64,000 bases of DNA from Podarcis filfolensis (Eukaryota), in the NCBI GenBank assembly GCA_964270895.1, contig OZ185443.1; one strand, given 5' to 3'. The notes under the pieces are model-generated. The model ran no database searches. It saw nothing but the letters and a program-made list of their open reading frames with translations, and had not been told where the DNA came from. Positions 38,415 to 50,337 of this stretch are shown one piece after another (within the stretch, counting starts at the first letter, position 1; each line of letters opens with the position of its first letter). The position numbers and the translations under genes are program-made.

Positions 38415-40215
38415 TATTTACTTCTTAGATTGGTTTTGGATGGCTCTTGTATCACTTTAAGAAGGTTTAAATCTTCAGTGTATCAAAGTAGAAAGTTAAG
38501 CTGAAGGATCTGGGGTTTTGTTTTTTGTTTTGCTCTCGTTTGCCTGCCTTTTAAGGAATGACTACTGATCAAAGTAAAGCAAATGCATATAATGCAAATG
38601 TGCAGCTTGATTATCAGCCCGGTTTATCAAAGAAGATGGTTCTCTTTTTTTGGCTTGGGAATATTAGAGGTCTGGATCCAATTATTCTCTGAATTTCTGC
38701 ATAATATTGCAAAGTTCACTCTGAATAATTACTTAATGGGGAAAACTCTTTTTTAAAAAAAACCCCAAACAAAAACCAAACCAAATATTCTTTTTCATGT
38801 TGTTTTTTAAGTTAGCAAAGCATTTCAAAATGTGGAGGTACTACATATCTGCAAATTGTTACACTATTTGAAATGTTTGCACCTCCAACAGAAATCCAAT
38901 TCGCATGAATATGGGGCAGTTAAAAAGAGCAAAGATCCTTTTATAGCCTGCTCATATGAATTGTTTCAACAGAGGCAATACAAGCCAAGTACCATGGCTC
39001 AATGAAGATGTAATGTTCCTTATCTTCTAGACATGGCTACATTTGTGCTTGAAACATTAGCCATAGTTAGGAGGTTGGAAACATTAAGCCCTTGCCAGGC
39101 TTAATGACTGGAAAATCTTGTTTTTGAGTCTTGTAGATTCCATAAAAGTTATGTTTATGACAATACAACCTTCTGATAAATTAAGACATATGTCTATTAA
39201 AATTCCATTTTAAGATAATGACCATTGTCAGTATATTTTTTACAAATATTTTTATGGTCTATATATTTCCAGAATGATTTGTATAAATTTGCTTAGTTTT
39301 GTAGTAAGAAATGGATCTAACTTTTCAAAATCATATCCTTTTATTGCAAATTGTGTTTTTCATCACTGAGCAGTTTTTTTTTCCTTTAATGGGAGCAGTT
39401 TTTAAAGTGTATATTAACATTTCTGTTTATAAAATATTTCAAGCAAGACACTTTTTCATCTTGATTCATTATATGAAGTACATTTTATTTCCCATATTTT
39501 AAATTATGGGGGTGTAACATATCTCAGTGTTTTACATTTTGCGAAAATGGCTGGGATGCAAGTTTTTTTTAAAATTGTTGAGGACTAAGTTGCAGGCCTT
39601 TTTAGCATGACAGTGTTAGAGCCAGTTAAAGCCAATCCAGATGCACTTCTCCTGTTATAATCCATTGCTGTCTACTCTAATAAAGATTTGGCCCTTGTGT
39701 AAAAAAAGATATACCTGGGCCACAGTCCAAAATTTATACATACCCAGTTTGATTTATTTTCTTTGAACAGATGCTATATCATAAACTTCTTTAAAGCTCC
39801 CATTAAGATTCAAACATGGGTTGCCAATGGAAGCTGCTATTCAAAGAGTGAATGTCAAAAGTATTGCTGGGCATGCAGGTTTTTTTATTTTATTATAATC
39901 CTGGAACAAAAATGGGAAATCCCAATACTGTACAGTGTCTCATTTCTGGTAAGTGCTTCCAAAATGATGAGCTTCAGAAGCTGAATTTCCAGGATGCCCT
40001 GATGGCTGAATTGAAGAAATGTAACCTATGCACCTAAGAAGGGCAGATTTCCAGGTCAACAGATGGCTCCTAATTTAAAATATTCTATTAGAGTATGCCA
40101 TCACTTAAATGGTGGTGGTGGTGAGCTTTGGAACAGGAAAATTCCACTATAAATTTCATTGGTTTGGGGGAAGTTGAGGCAACACAATATGTGACATAAA
40201 TTAAGGGAAGTTCTT

Positions 40216-40353
40216 CAGTGCTATTTCTCTAGAAAAAGAGGTACAGGAACTCACCATGAATGCCTCCCTCTTTCTCTTAGAATGGCAATGGCGCACACCT
40301 GAGAGGTGCCAGAACTGAGTTCCAGCAAGTTCTCACTGAAAAAAAAAGCCCTG
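40216..40353. mobile_element. Old hAT-type MITE
   Basis: CAGTGCTATTT...AAAAAAAGCCCTG termini; TSD decayed. Confidence 0.6.
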
Positions 40354-40780
40354 AAGGTACCCTAATAAGTTAATGGGGAACAGTTGGAATTAAACTGCAG
40401 AATACTTACTAAAACAGCTGAAGACCTTGACTGTCCACGTACCTTTGGATTGTATCATATTTATACAATTGCTACCTGGAGATTAGCAGTGGGTGGGTGA
40501 GGTGAAGAGGACATTGTGATTTCCCCCCATCCATGAGGTCAATGTAATATATGGCCCATGGCTATACAAGCGTACAGCTGTATTACCTGAGTTGTATGTT
40601 ACATGGTGTTCCCAGGGGAGACAACTGCATAGCCAGCCCCACTGCCCACCACACGTGAAAGATTTGGGGGCAGCAGTTTTGTGTTCAGGCCTTGAAAGGA
40701 ATGTCAATAGAGCAATAGCATCCTTCCTCTGAGTCTTATTTGTGAAATGTTAACTCTTCTCCAAATCGTACATTTACATA

Positions 40781-41006
40781 CAGTGGTACCTCGGGTTAAG
40801 AACTTAATTTGTTCTGGAGGTCCGTTCTTAACCTGAAACTGTTCTTAACCTGAGGTACCACTTTAGCTAATGGGGCCTCCCGCTGCCGCCACACCGCTGG
40901 AGCACGATTTCTGTTCTCATCCTGAAGCAAAGTTCTTAACCTGAGGTACTATTTCTGGGTTAGTGGAGTCTGTAACCTGAAGTGTCTGTAACGTGAGGTA
41001 GAACTG
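40781..41006. mobile_element. Tigger-like MITE
   Basis: ta|CAGTGGTACCTCGGG...GAGGTAGAACTG|ta. Confidence 0.9.
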
Positions 41007-41761
41007 TAAGCGTAATAATGCAACTCTTTTTTAAAAAAATGTGTCTAATTATTACCATATAAGATTTTTGACTGACTTACTCTTTAAAACCAAAGCTTAT
41101 TCTTACTTTAAACACGTGAAAGTTTCAGCGTTTTAAATGTTGAACAAAATGTATTGGCTGACATATAAGTGAGCGCTGCCTAGGCAGCCTGTGATATAAA
41201 CCAGAGATGGAGATTGTGGCTTGAGAGGAATCCTTTTGAACTGTCTCATGATGAAATATGACCTCCTTATCATGGTTACGTCACCACTACTAATAGGACA
41301 TCTTTTACTGATGTCTCATAATTAGTAGTTTCAGATTTTCGCCTTACTGTGTGATTATTTAGATGGTAACATGTGGTAAAATCAGTACTGCTATACTAAG
41401 GCTTTGAACCTATGCATTTTTCTTAGGAAGTAAGTTCCATTGACTTTGATAGGCTTTACTAACTTCTATGGTTTGGAGATTGCTAGCATGACATCTGAAT
41501 TAAGACCAGGACTTTCAGATACTGTCAGAATAGCACCCCTAGGAATTAAAGCCCAATTTTCCATAATGGTTGGTTTCAAAAAGTGGTGTCTAATATAAAT
41601 TACCAATAATAGTAAAATATTTTATTTTGTTTTTCTTTCTGTTTGTTGTCTTGGGACTGGCCCTTCTTGTATTAAATGCACTTAATGATTTCAGAGGTGT
41701 AAGTTGGCTGTATTATTTCAAATGTAGGCTTAGCCATGGTTTACCAGCTAGATTAGTACTA

Positions 41762-41986
41762 CAGTGGTACCTCGGGTTAAGAACTTAATCCGTTCCGGAG
41801 GTCTGTTCTTAACCTGAGGTACCACTTTAGTTAATGGGGCCTCCCGCTGCCGCTGTGCCGTCGTTGTGCGATTTCTGTTCTCATCCTGAAGCAAAGTTCT
41901 TAACTCAAGGTACTATTTCTGGGTTAGCAGAGTCTGTAACCTGAAACATCTGTAACCGGAAGCGTCTGTCACCCGAGGTACCACTG
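41762..41986. mobile_element. Tigger-like MITE
   Basis: ta|CAGTGGTACCTCGGG...CCCGAGGTACCACTG|ta. Confidence 0.92.
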
Positions 41987-43570
41987 TATAGCCTTTGCAC
42001 TTATTTTTGTACATTAGGGGTTTTTTTCCTGCCAGCATGGTTTAGCTACAATTCCTCCATGTGGTTAGGCTGCTTTTAAACCTTATCAAAGTCAATGGGA
42101 GTTTAGTAGTGTAATGTAGCTCTTACATCCTATGCAGCATGGATGCTGACTTCCTGAGTGGAAGGATGATTATGAAAGGGGACTTTCACATCCCTTCCTT
42201 TACCTTGCACTGCTCCCCAGTCCTCTTGGGATGTCCAGAATCCTCCTGAATTGTGTGGGATGGGGCAGAGTGGTTTGCAGTGGAATTTCCCCTAGCATCC
42301 TCCTGCACCTATCATACACTAGTCAGGAAATTCCTCCGACCCTCCAGGGAGGCTTTTTAATGGTCACAAACTGCTAGAGTGGGATAATGGTTGTGTGAAA
42401 GCCCCCTTCTGCGAGCTTCCTTCCATTACAGTTGCAGGCAGTAAAATCTAAGTGTGCACAAAGATTGCACTCAGTATTTGCTCCAGGTAGACATGCAATT
42501 TACAGCAATCCTTCCCTGCCCTCCGCAAGAGTGCTTTGACTTATTGGTGGACATTTGCAAGCAAAAATAATCTTAAAGCTGTAATTCTGTGCACGTTCGG
42601 TAGAAAGCAAATCCAGCGGAATTTATTGGGAGTTGCTTCTGAGCTAATCAGGTATAGGTTTGGGCTGTAAATCTGATTTAACTAGACACTTCATTCTGTT
42701 AGTAGAAATTTCATTGTTTTGAATAGTTCAATAAGACTTTCCCACAATATATTTCTTCCCTTGTCTGAAGATTGAACGGTAGTTTATTTTCTCTGTCCAA
42801 GAAAGCTAGGGAGGTGGGGTGTATGTGTGGGTCAGCATCCTGCAGCGCAGTTTAATTCAGCTTCAGTTTTCATAATGGTTGCCTGAGTGGCAAGTTTATT
42901 ATATTGTGGGTGTCCCTATCTAAAATAAACGTTCTGACCATTGATTCATTTTTCTGAAAAATAGATAATAAGCAACACCAAGAATGTCTAGGCTCCTTCC
43001 CATTTTCTCTGGAATCGCCATAAAAATGCCTCCTCACACGACACAAAGGAAAAGATGACAATAACTAAAGACTATATTTTCCACTGTAATAGATTTTCCC
43101 CACATGTAGAAAATGAAGCTATGCTGCTTTGTTTGTTTGTTTATTTTTTTAAAGAAACAACTCTGCCATGATGCTTCTGTGTTATAATTTCTGCTGTTCA
43201 TTTATACTGAAAGCCTTTTTTAAAAAAAGTTAGAATATTTAGCATAAAAACGGTCACCTTACAAAACTAATTTTCATTTTTCTTCTGTATAGTCATAATT
43301 TCTGTTAGGGTTCTTCCTGTTTCTCAAAGTGGATTATTGACTGCTGTTGTTAAGTTCGTTGCTTTGCTTTTCAAATAATGCTGTAGAACTGAGACAAACA
43401 TTATTATTCTTCAGCGATCACTCATAGCCGAGTAAGATTGTCTTCCATAAACACGGTTTTAAAAGTGAGTCCATAAGTGACTGTGGAGGCCAATTCTGGA
43501 TCCACACGTCCTTCCACAGTGGGGACATAGGTTTCCAGGTGGGAGCTGATCACGTTAATGGTTTGCCAAG

Positions 43571-43940
43571 TGAAATATACTCAGAGTCGCAAAGTGATTT
43601 CATGCTCTTTATTCAGCTCATAGTGGTGAGGAGGAATGAATGAAAGTCCCCTCAAAGCATCTGCTTTATATACATTATTTACACAATGGGCTGCACATGA
43701 TTGGCTAATTCTGGAATTTTACTGTAAGCCAATCAGGTTGTGGATTCACTTCTATCTGGAGCATGATTGGGTGGTTCCTGCCAACCAATCATACTGCTGC
43801 ATTGTTCTAGGACCAATCAGACTCCTGCATTCTGAATCCTATTGTTCTAGGACCAATCAGACTGCTGCCTTTTGGATCCTATTGTTCTAGGACCAATCAG
43901 ACTGCTGCAGTTTGGATCCTATTCAACTCAGTACATAACA
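43571..43940 (-). promoter_or_regulatory. Gypsy 3' LTR (370 bp) with U3 repeats, TATA box and poly(A) signal, antisense to SCFD2
   Basis: Three 40-bp CCAAT-containing tandem repeats (43801-43920); minus-strand TATATAAA at 43665-72 and AATAAA at 43608-13, in U3-R-U5 order. Confidence 0.85.
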
Positions 43941-44536
43941 CCCCTCCCCTCTGAGTTCCAGTCCTGCTCGGGAGGTCGCATTCATAGTCCTCAAGGTACG
44001 CCGGTGGCCTACGTGTGCGTTGCGGCCTGGGGTGTTCCCTGGTCCGGGGTTCAGGTTCTGGCTCGTGTTCCAAGGATGCTGGCTGTGATGGGGCTGTTTG
44101 GTCTGGCGCAACCGGCTCGCTCAGTCGTAGTTCTGGTTCCGGTGTCCTTTCGGCCTCACGGGTCCTCTCTGTATTTACTGATTCTGCCTCTCCTGCTTGC
44201 CCCTGCTGCTCTATGGGCCTCACTGCCCCACTGTTCCCTTGGGACTCCTCTGACCTGTCCTCCTCCTCCTGGTTTTCTCCCGGGAATCGTCGCCGTATCT
44301 GGTCGCAGTGGCGGCGCCAGCATTGCCCCCCATCTGTTAGCACCTCATACGACACGGGGCCAGTGACCCTGGTGACTGTGGCGGGTACCCATGCAGGGCC
44401 TGCCCCAAAATTCTTTGCGTACACTGGGTCCTGGGCCTCGAAGGTCCGGGGATTCCTGCCTTCCCCCACCACTACCTCATCCTGAGCTCTATCAGGGTGA
44501 AGGCGGTCCAATCTGATTGCAACTCAGTACATAACA
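43571..44536 (-). mobile_element. Internally deleted Ty3/Gypsy LTR retrotransposon (966 bp)
   Basis: TG...CA ends; 5-bp TSD CCAAG (43566-70, 44537-41); integrase C-terminal SH3-like peptide RTFEAQDPVYAKNF...GPVSYEV...WRRHCDQIRRR; polypurine tract 43941-43952; complete 3' LTR. Confidence 0.92.
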
Positions 44537-45030
44537 CCAAGCGTACCTTCCTCTTAGCCTGTTTCTCCCTTTCATCCTGAGTTTGAGTGTCTTCAAAACC
44601 TATGACACCTTTGGTATAGGCTGTTGTCCAATTGGAGCATATGCAGGCCAGTGTTTCCCGGTTGTTGGTGTTTATACTACATTTTTTTAGATTTGCCTTG
44701 AGAGAGTCTTTGAACCTCTTTTGTTGACCACCAGCATTACGCTTACCATTTCTCAGTTTGGAATAGAGTAGTTGCTTTGGCAGATGATAATCAGGCATCT
44801 GCACAACATGACCAGTTCAACGAAGTTGATGTTGAAGAATCATTGCTTCGACACTGGTGATCTTTGCTTCTTCCAGTACACTGGCATTAGTTTGCCTGTC
44901 TTCCCAAGTGATTTGTAAATTTTTTCGGAGACACCTTTGATGGAATCTTTCGAGGAGCTGGAGATGGCATTTATAAGTGGTCCATGTTTCACAAGCAAAC
45001 ATTATAGCACATGTTACTGTAGTCTTTGAG

Positions 45031-45170
45031 GGGAATGGCTGTAGCTAGTTGGTTGGGCCCATGCTTTGCATGTAAAATTTCAGATTCAATCTCGGGCATC
45101 TGAAGTCAGGCCTTGAAGAGCCTCCTGCCTCTCACCATGGAGACCTGTTGCTCTTCAGTACCTGAATCTT
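45031..45170 (+). mobile_element. Degenerate tRNA-derived SINE (Squam2-like)
   Basis: gctgtagctag...catgctttgcatg...gattcaatc head. Confidence 0.55.
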
Positions 45171-45786
45171 GGGTTGCCAATGTGAACTCCTTCATTAGCA
45201 CTTGCCACAGCTCCCTCCCCTTCCTTTTCCATTTTTAAGTGAAAAGGTATTATGGGCAACAGGGGGCACTTTGTAGCAAAGTACTGGCCTCTGGCAAAGT
45301 ATTCATTTTCCGTGTGGGTCTAGAGGCATTCTTAGGAAATGAAGGTGATGGCAGAAGCCTTGCCTACCAACTCCTCAGCCCATCTCCAACTACCTAGATA
45401 TCTCAGCCACTAAGTAAGCAAAAGCTGGAAGTGGCCTACTACAATAATTTTACCAGAAGCCCTCTGCAGGCATTCACGTTAAGGTTTAATTAAGCACCTG
45501 AGGGTATGGGATGAGCACATCAGCACTGCCACCCTCCACTGCTGTTCACAGTCACCAAGCACAAGTTGGAGGGTTATCCTTTGGTAGGGTGTCTCATAGA
45601 GGTTCCTTGCATATTTTAGAGCTCTGAGTGTTAGGCCCTTCCTTGCCCCCTGATTTCCCAACTTGATTGGTATTTTCTCTTTGCCAAGGCTCTTCTGCCT
45701 GCCTTACACTCTTTAGGGTCTGAGCAAAACTGTCAAAGGCCTTCTTACTGTCTGCCACCTTTGTGACATTCAAGCAGGGAAGCTAA

Positions 45787-46115
45787 CATATCCTCCAACA
45801 TTTCTCCGATGAAAATAGGGACGTCCCATTCCATAATGATAATTTTACTGTTTATACCCCCACACAACTTACTGGGTTGCCCCATCCAGTCTGCACAGCT
45901 TCCAACATATATGAAAACATTTTTAAAAAACTGCCCTATACAGGATTGCCTTCAGACAGCTTGGAGGATGGATAATTCCACACCCTCCGACATTTCTCCA
46001 ATGAAAATAGGGACATCCTAAGAAAAAATGGGACATTCCGGGATCAAATCAGAAACCAGGATGGCTTCTCTAAATTGGGGACATCCCTGGAAAATAGGGG
46101 CACTTGGAGGGTCTG
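45787..46115 (-). mobile_element. Composite non-autonomous DNA transposon with L2 cargo, copy 3
   Basis: CATATCCTCCAAC...TTGGAGGGTCTG; internal end at 45979; perfect 6-bp TSD AGCTAA (45781-86, 46116-21). Confidence 0.88.
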
Positions 46116-48203
46116 AGCTAATAATTACCAGACTTCATCACTACCACAAAAATCCTGCTTGGAAGTGAATGTATAGACCACCATAGCCAACCATCAAATT
46201 TATCTCTGTTTCAATCGGTTCTCCTGAAGAATTCAAGCAATTCTAATTTGTGAAAGCAGCAGACTTGTCACAGCCCACTTTTATTGGTCCCCTTTGCTGA
46301 TGCATGCATCTGATGGGTTACATATTTTGTTTGGCCTTAACGATGGAATTAAGCTACTGAAGTCAAAAGGAATACTGGGATTCCACAAAACCCATCACAC
46401 CTCACAGCCAAATTTCCATGCAAGCGTCTTTCTTGTTTCTTTTCCTTAAAAAGGGGCATCTCAGCACTTGAGGATCGCCTAGTCAAGGTCACTCAGTGAT
46501 GGTCATTGAGGTCAATCTGTGAGAGACGTACCTTATTCCTGCCCCAGCCCCCAAATTTCAGCAGTCAGTTTCAGCAACACCTCTTGCATGTGACAGTTAT
46601 TAGAGCACTAATCGGTGTGTGATGCCTGCAAGCCCGTTTGGGCCTGCAGTTGACAAATGGCCAGGGTTCAGAGTCTTTCCATGAATAATGACTTAGCTCT
46701 GTCAGTTGTTTTGGCCTCTGCAGTACAGTTATACGTTTCCAGAACAGATGGAGCAGCTCTCATCTGCCATTCTGTCTTTTGAACTTCCTGTTCGGTGGTA
46801 TGGTTCTCATCAACACTGATTCTGCAGAGAGCACCTACTTTTTATAAGCTGAAATATCTCAAGTTTTCTTCTTAGCCAGAAACGAAAGAATGGCACATTT
46901 CTCTAACGAGACCCAAATGTTTAAAAGTATTCTTATTTGGCCAAAAGTTTGTAACCAGGATATGAGATTTTAATTGCTGGCAATTTAAGGTTGGAAATAA
47001 CGGGCTTTGATTTTGCTGCTCCCAAGTTTTTGTTTTTATTTTTATTGCTGTGAAATCATTTGCTGCTGATTGGATGTCAGGAGCAGCACTGAGCAGGCTT
47101 GCATGGAGGTTGTATGGTCAGTTCAGGCTTCTGTGTTAACGTGGCAATTACCCTCTCACAGCTGGTCACCTGTATCTATCTGGAAAATGAGCCAAACCAC
47201 AACCTCCAGTCCATTAAGCCACAGAGAAGATCCTAGAGATACAGCACACACAGAGCAGTTATGAACACAGGGTCCTATGTGCTGGACAGTAGCAACATAA
47301 GAATCAAAGGCTGAACTTATTGTTCTGACGGCTGGCCGGTGGCTTCTGTTTGCTACGCATGCAGAGGGGTCTCACTCGGTTGCGTCGAGCTGTGCTGCCA
47401 GTCCTTGAAGCCAGGATGAAATACATCATTAAGTCTCATGTCCTCCTCCCACCTTACAGTCTGAGCCTGCTTCTTTACTCTTTGATAGTCCGTTTCCACT
47501 GCAGACAAATAACGCTAAACAGACCTCCTTAACTTGAACAACAAAACTGTAGGTTAAAAAAACCAAAACGAAAATCCTGTCTTATGAAGGGAGTGCCTCC
47601 TCAAAGAGGACAAAAATTAAGCGCCTGCTTTAAAGACTTTGTGAAATAAAACTATTGCCATTAGAAACTGAGGTAGCAGCTTGATCCAAAATGCCCATCT
47701 CAAAATTTCTCTGCCAAAGTGGTGCAAAATATTTTGGAACTGGAAAAATTTCAGTGCAATATTTGGAAAACAGCAAATACTGATATGAATATAGAAATTT
47801 ATATAGCTTTGATGCAGCTTTCCTTCCTATGCTTGCTACATATGAGAAGCATTTTGAGATTCTCCCCCGGTGTTTACACTTTTAAGATGGTGATGGCATA
47901 GGGAGCTATCTGAATCATAAATGTTGCGCTACAAAGCAACTGTATTTCAAAATTGTGCAATAGTATTTGATTCTTCATTATGACGCCTTCGTTCCCTACA
48001 TGATACCAGCCGGATGTTCCCTCCCAATACAAGGTCATTTGCCATCAACTGGCCTGTAGCAAGGAAAGAAAGGGAGGGAAGTGAAAAAACATTGGGGCCT
48101 GCTGCAGCTGGACTGTCCTCTCTCATCACACACATAGGGCCATTCTACTACCAAGTGCCCCTTAGGAAGGAGCCTAATGACTTTCCATATTTTGACCTTA
48201 AAA

Positions 48204-48385
48204 GGACAGTGGCTCAGTGATAGATCATCTGCCATGTGCTCAGAAGGCCCATGGTTCAATCCCTGACATATCCAAGTTTGGGGGTGAGGGACCCTGAAAT
48301 CCTGGCTAGCTGCTTCCAGTCAATACTGAGCTAGATGCATCAATAGGTCTGACTCATTGTAAGGCTACTTCTTCTGCTCCTATGA
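48204..48385 (+). mobile_element. tRNA-derived SINE (Squam2-like)
   Basis: gtggctcagtgatag A-box, GGTTCAATCCC B-box, body ...aatactgagctagatg...taaggctacttc. Confidence 0.7.
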
Positions 48386-48574
48386 TATTGTTTGCTGTGG
48401 TTTTTAAAAATGCAGTTTAATGTTCTTGCAAGCCACCTTGGAAAGATCTGTATCCTGTAAGGTGGGATATCAATCTTTCTAATAAATAAATCACACACAC
48501 AACATTTGAAAGGTCTCTTTGCTTACAATGGTCATTTTGCAAATAATTCAATTCCCTAATATGAACCCTGCAGT

Positions 48575-48924
48575 GGGTGGCACTGTGGTCTAAACCACAG
48601 AGCCTAGGGCTTGCCGATCAGAAGGTCGGCGGTTCGAATCCCCGCAACGGGGTGAGCTCCCATTGCTCAGTCCCAGCTCCTGCCCACCTAGCAGTTTGAA
48701 AGCACGTCAAAGTGCAAGTAGATAAATTGGTACTGCTCCAGTGGGAAGGTAAACGGCGTTTCCATGCGCTGCTCTGGTTCGCCAGAAGCGGCTTAATCAT
48801 GCTGGCCACATGACCGGGAAGCTGTACGCCAGCTCCCTCAGCCAATAAAGCGAGATGAGCTCTGCAACCCCAGAGTCGTCCACGACTGGACTTAACAGTC
48901 AGGGGTCCCTTTACCTTTACCTTT
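48575..48924 (+). mobile_element. Sauria SINE
   Basis: Sauria body with (ACCTTT)n tail; TSD AACCCTGCAGT (48564-74, 48925-35). Confidence 0.95.
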
Positions 48925-49476
48925 AACCCTGCAGTAAATCCCATTGAGCTAGATTTACTGTACTTCAGAGAAGGGTCAGTTCTTGTGGCCTTATTTGGTC
49001 TTGTTTCAAATCCGATCAACTCCTCTCCCCCTCCCCCCGGTTATCACCTGATTCTGGTCAGCTGCATATGCTTTTTGTGCATGCACATATTATAACTTAC
49101 TTCTACTTACGTGCAAGTTAATAGATCTGCTCACAGAAATTCTGGAGCCTAGGCATGCCTACGCAAAAGCACATGATTGGTTATCATGCGCTGATTAAAG
49201 CTAAATTGTCAAAGGAAAACTCAGTTTGATTTGAAATAAGCTCAAATAAGGAATATGTAACATGTTGGCCCTGACCAGTATATGTTAGCATCAGAAAGAA
49301 CCATGTCATTTAATCATCATTTGCGATTTCTCCTTACAGATGATATCAGCTTCTCCTATACCTCCCTGATCACATTAATTGTGCCTAAGTGTATTTAGGA
49401 TACAAACTTGATACTAGCTCTCTGAAAACATTTTTTAAACTCACTCTTCTAACTGATCATTGATAATCACTTAATC

Positions 49477-50337
49477 CACGGGTGTCAAACACGAGGCCCA
49501 CGGGCCGAATCCGGCCCGCCAGACCTCGTCATGTGGCCTGTGTAGCCACCGCCGGCCGCCAGCCTTCACCTTTTATTCTCGCTTTTTTTTTTTTTGACAC
49601 AAGAAAGCCGCCTCTTCAGCGCATGCGCGGCAGCCTACAAGCCAGAGAACGTCTGCCCTCTAGCGACGCTGTCCGTTCTACACAGGAAACCTCCACTTTA
49701 CATGCATTCAGGAAACCTCCGCTTGTTTTTATATTGAGCACATGCCATCCTGTGATGTGACAGATCCAACGGCTTTGATGCCACAGCTCCGACTTCAAGC
49801 TGCACGTGTTCTGTCCATGTTTGGGGGCACCTATCTATGTGAACAGATGTTTTCAGTCATGAATCTGAACAAAACCAAGCTCAGATCACGCATCACTGAT
49901 AATAACCTCCATGCTGTTTTGCGGATTGCTACAGCACAAGACATCGATGGACTGACCTCAGGAAAACGATGTCAGCCATCTAGTCAGAAAAGTTAAAAAA
50001 AAGTTAATGCCTTGTGTTTGCCATATGTGTAATAAACAGTGTTTGGCAATATTTGTATGTTTAAAAAAAAAATTACTGTCTGTTACCAAAAATCATTTTT
50101 CAATAAATTGTACAATAATTGTACATTTGAATATCTACTTGCCATTATTCTGACTATGTTTCTGCTTTCAGAGCTAGTTATTACTTACATTATTACAAAA
50201 TACAGTAATAATTGAATGCAGTGACAATAATTTATGATAATAAAGAGTGGACACATAGTCCTACAGATACAGCTGGCCCTTTGAGGGTGACCAAACTGCT
50301 GATGCGGCCCCCGATGAATTTGAGTTTCACACCCCTG
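49477..50337 (+). mobile_element. hAT-Charlie deletion derivative retaining the transposase C-terminal (hATC-like) fragment
   Basis: TIRs CACGGGTGTCAAAC / GTTTCACACCCCTG; perfect 8-bp TSD ACTTAATC (49469-76, 50338-45); peptide [44 protein letters not shown]. Confidence 0.93.

Larger units (their letters stand above)
43405..44995 (-). mobile_element. 5'-truncated RTE LINE (~620 bp of its own sequence) split by a Gypsy insertion
   Basis: Peptides ACETWTTYK...RFHQRCLRK and LPKQLLYSKL...KRFKDSLKANLK; after the insertion DQLPPGNLCPHCGRTCGSRIGLHSH; 10-bp TSD CAAACATTAT (43395-404, 44996-45005). Confidence 0.93.

Noticed and set aside
39946-39954. Consensus donor CTG|GTAAGT as a cryptic exon end
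   Set aside because: No convincing acceptor upstream; such sites are expected by chance in 40 kb.
42177-42405. Possible Harbinger-like MITE (GGGGACTTTCACA...TGTGAAAGCCCC)
   Set aside because: Imperfect short TIR and no TWA target duplication; not supportable.
43801-43920. Regular 40-bp repeats (CRISPR-like at first glance)
   Set aside because: No unique spacers and no cas genes; they are tandem U3 repeats of a Gypsy LTR in a vertebrate intron.
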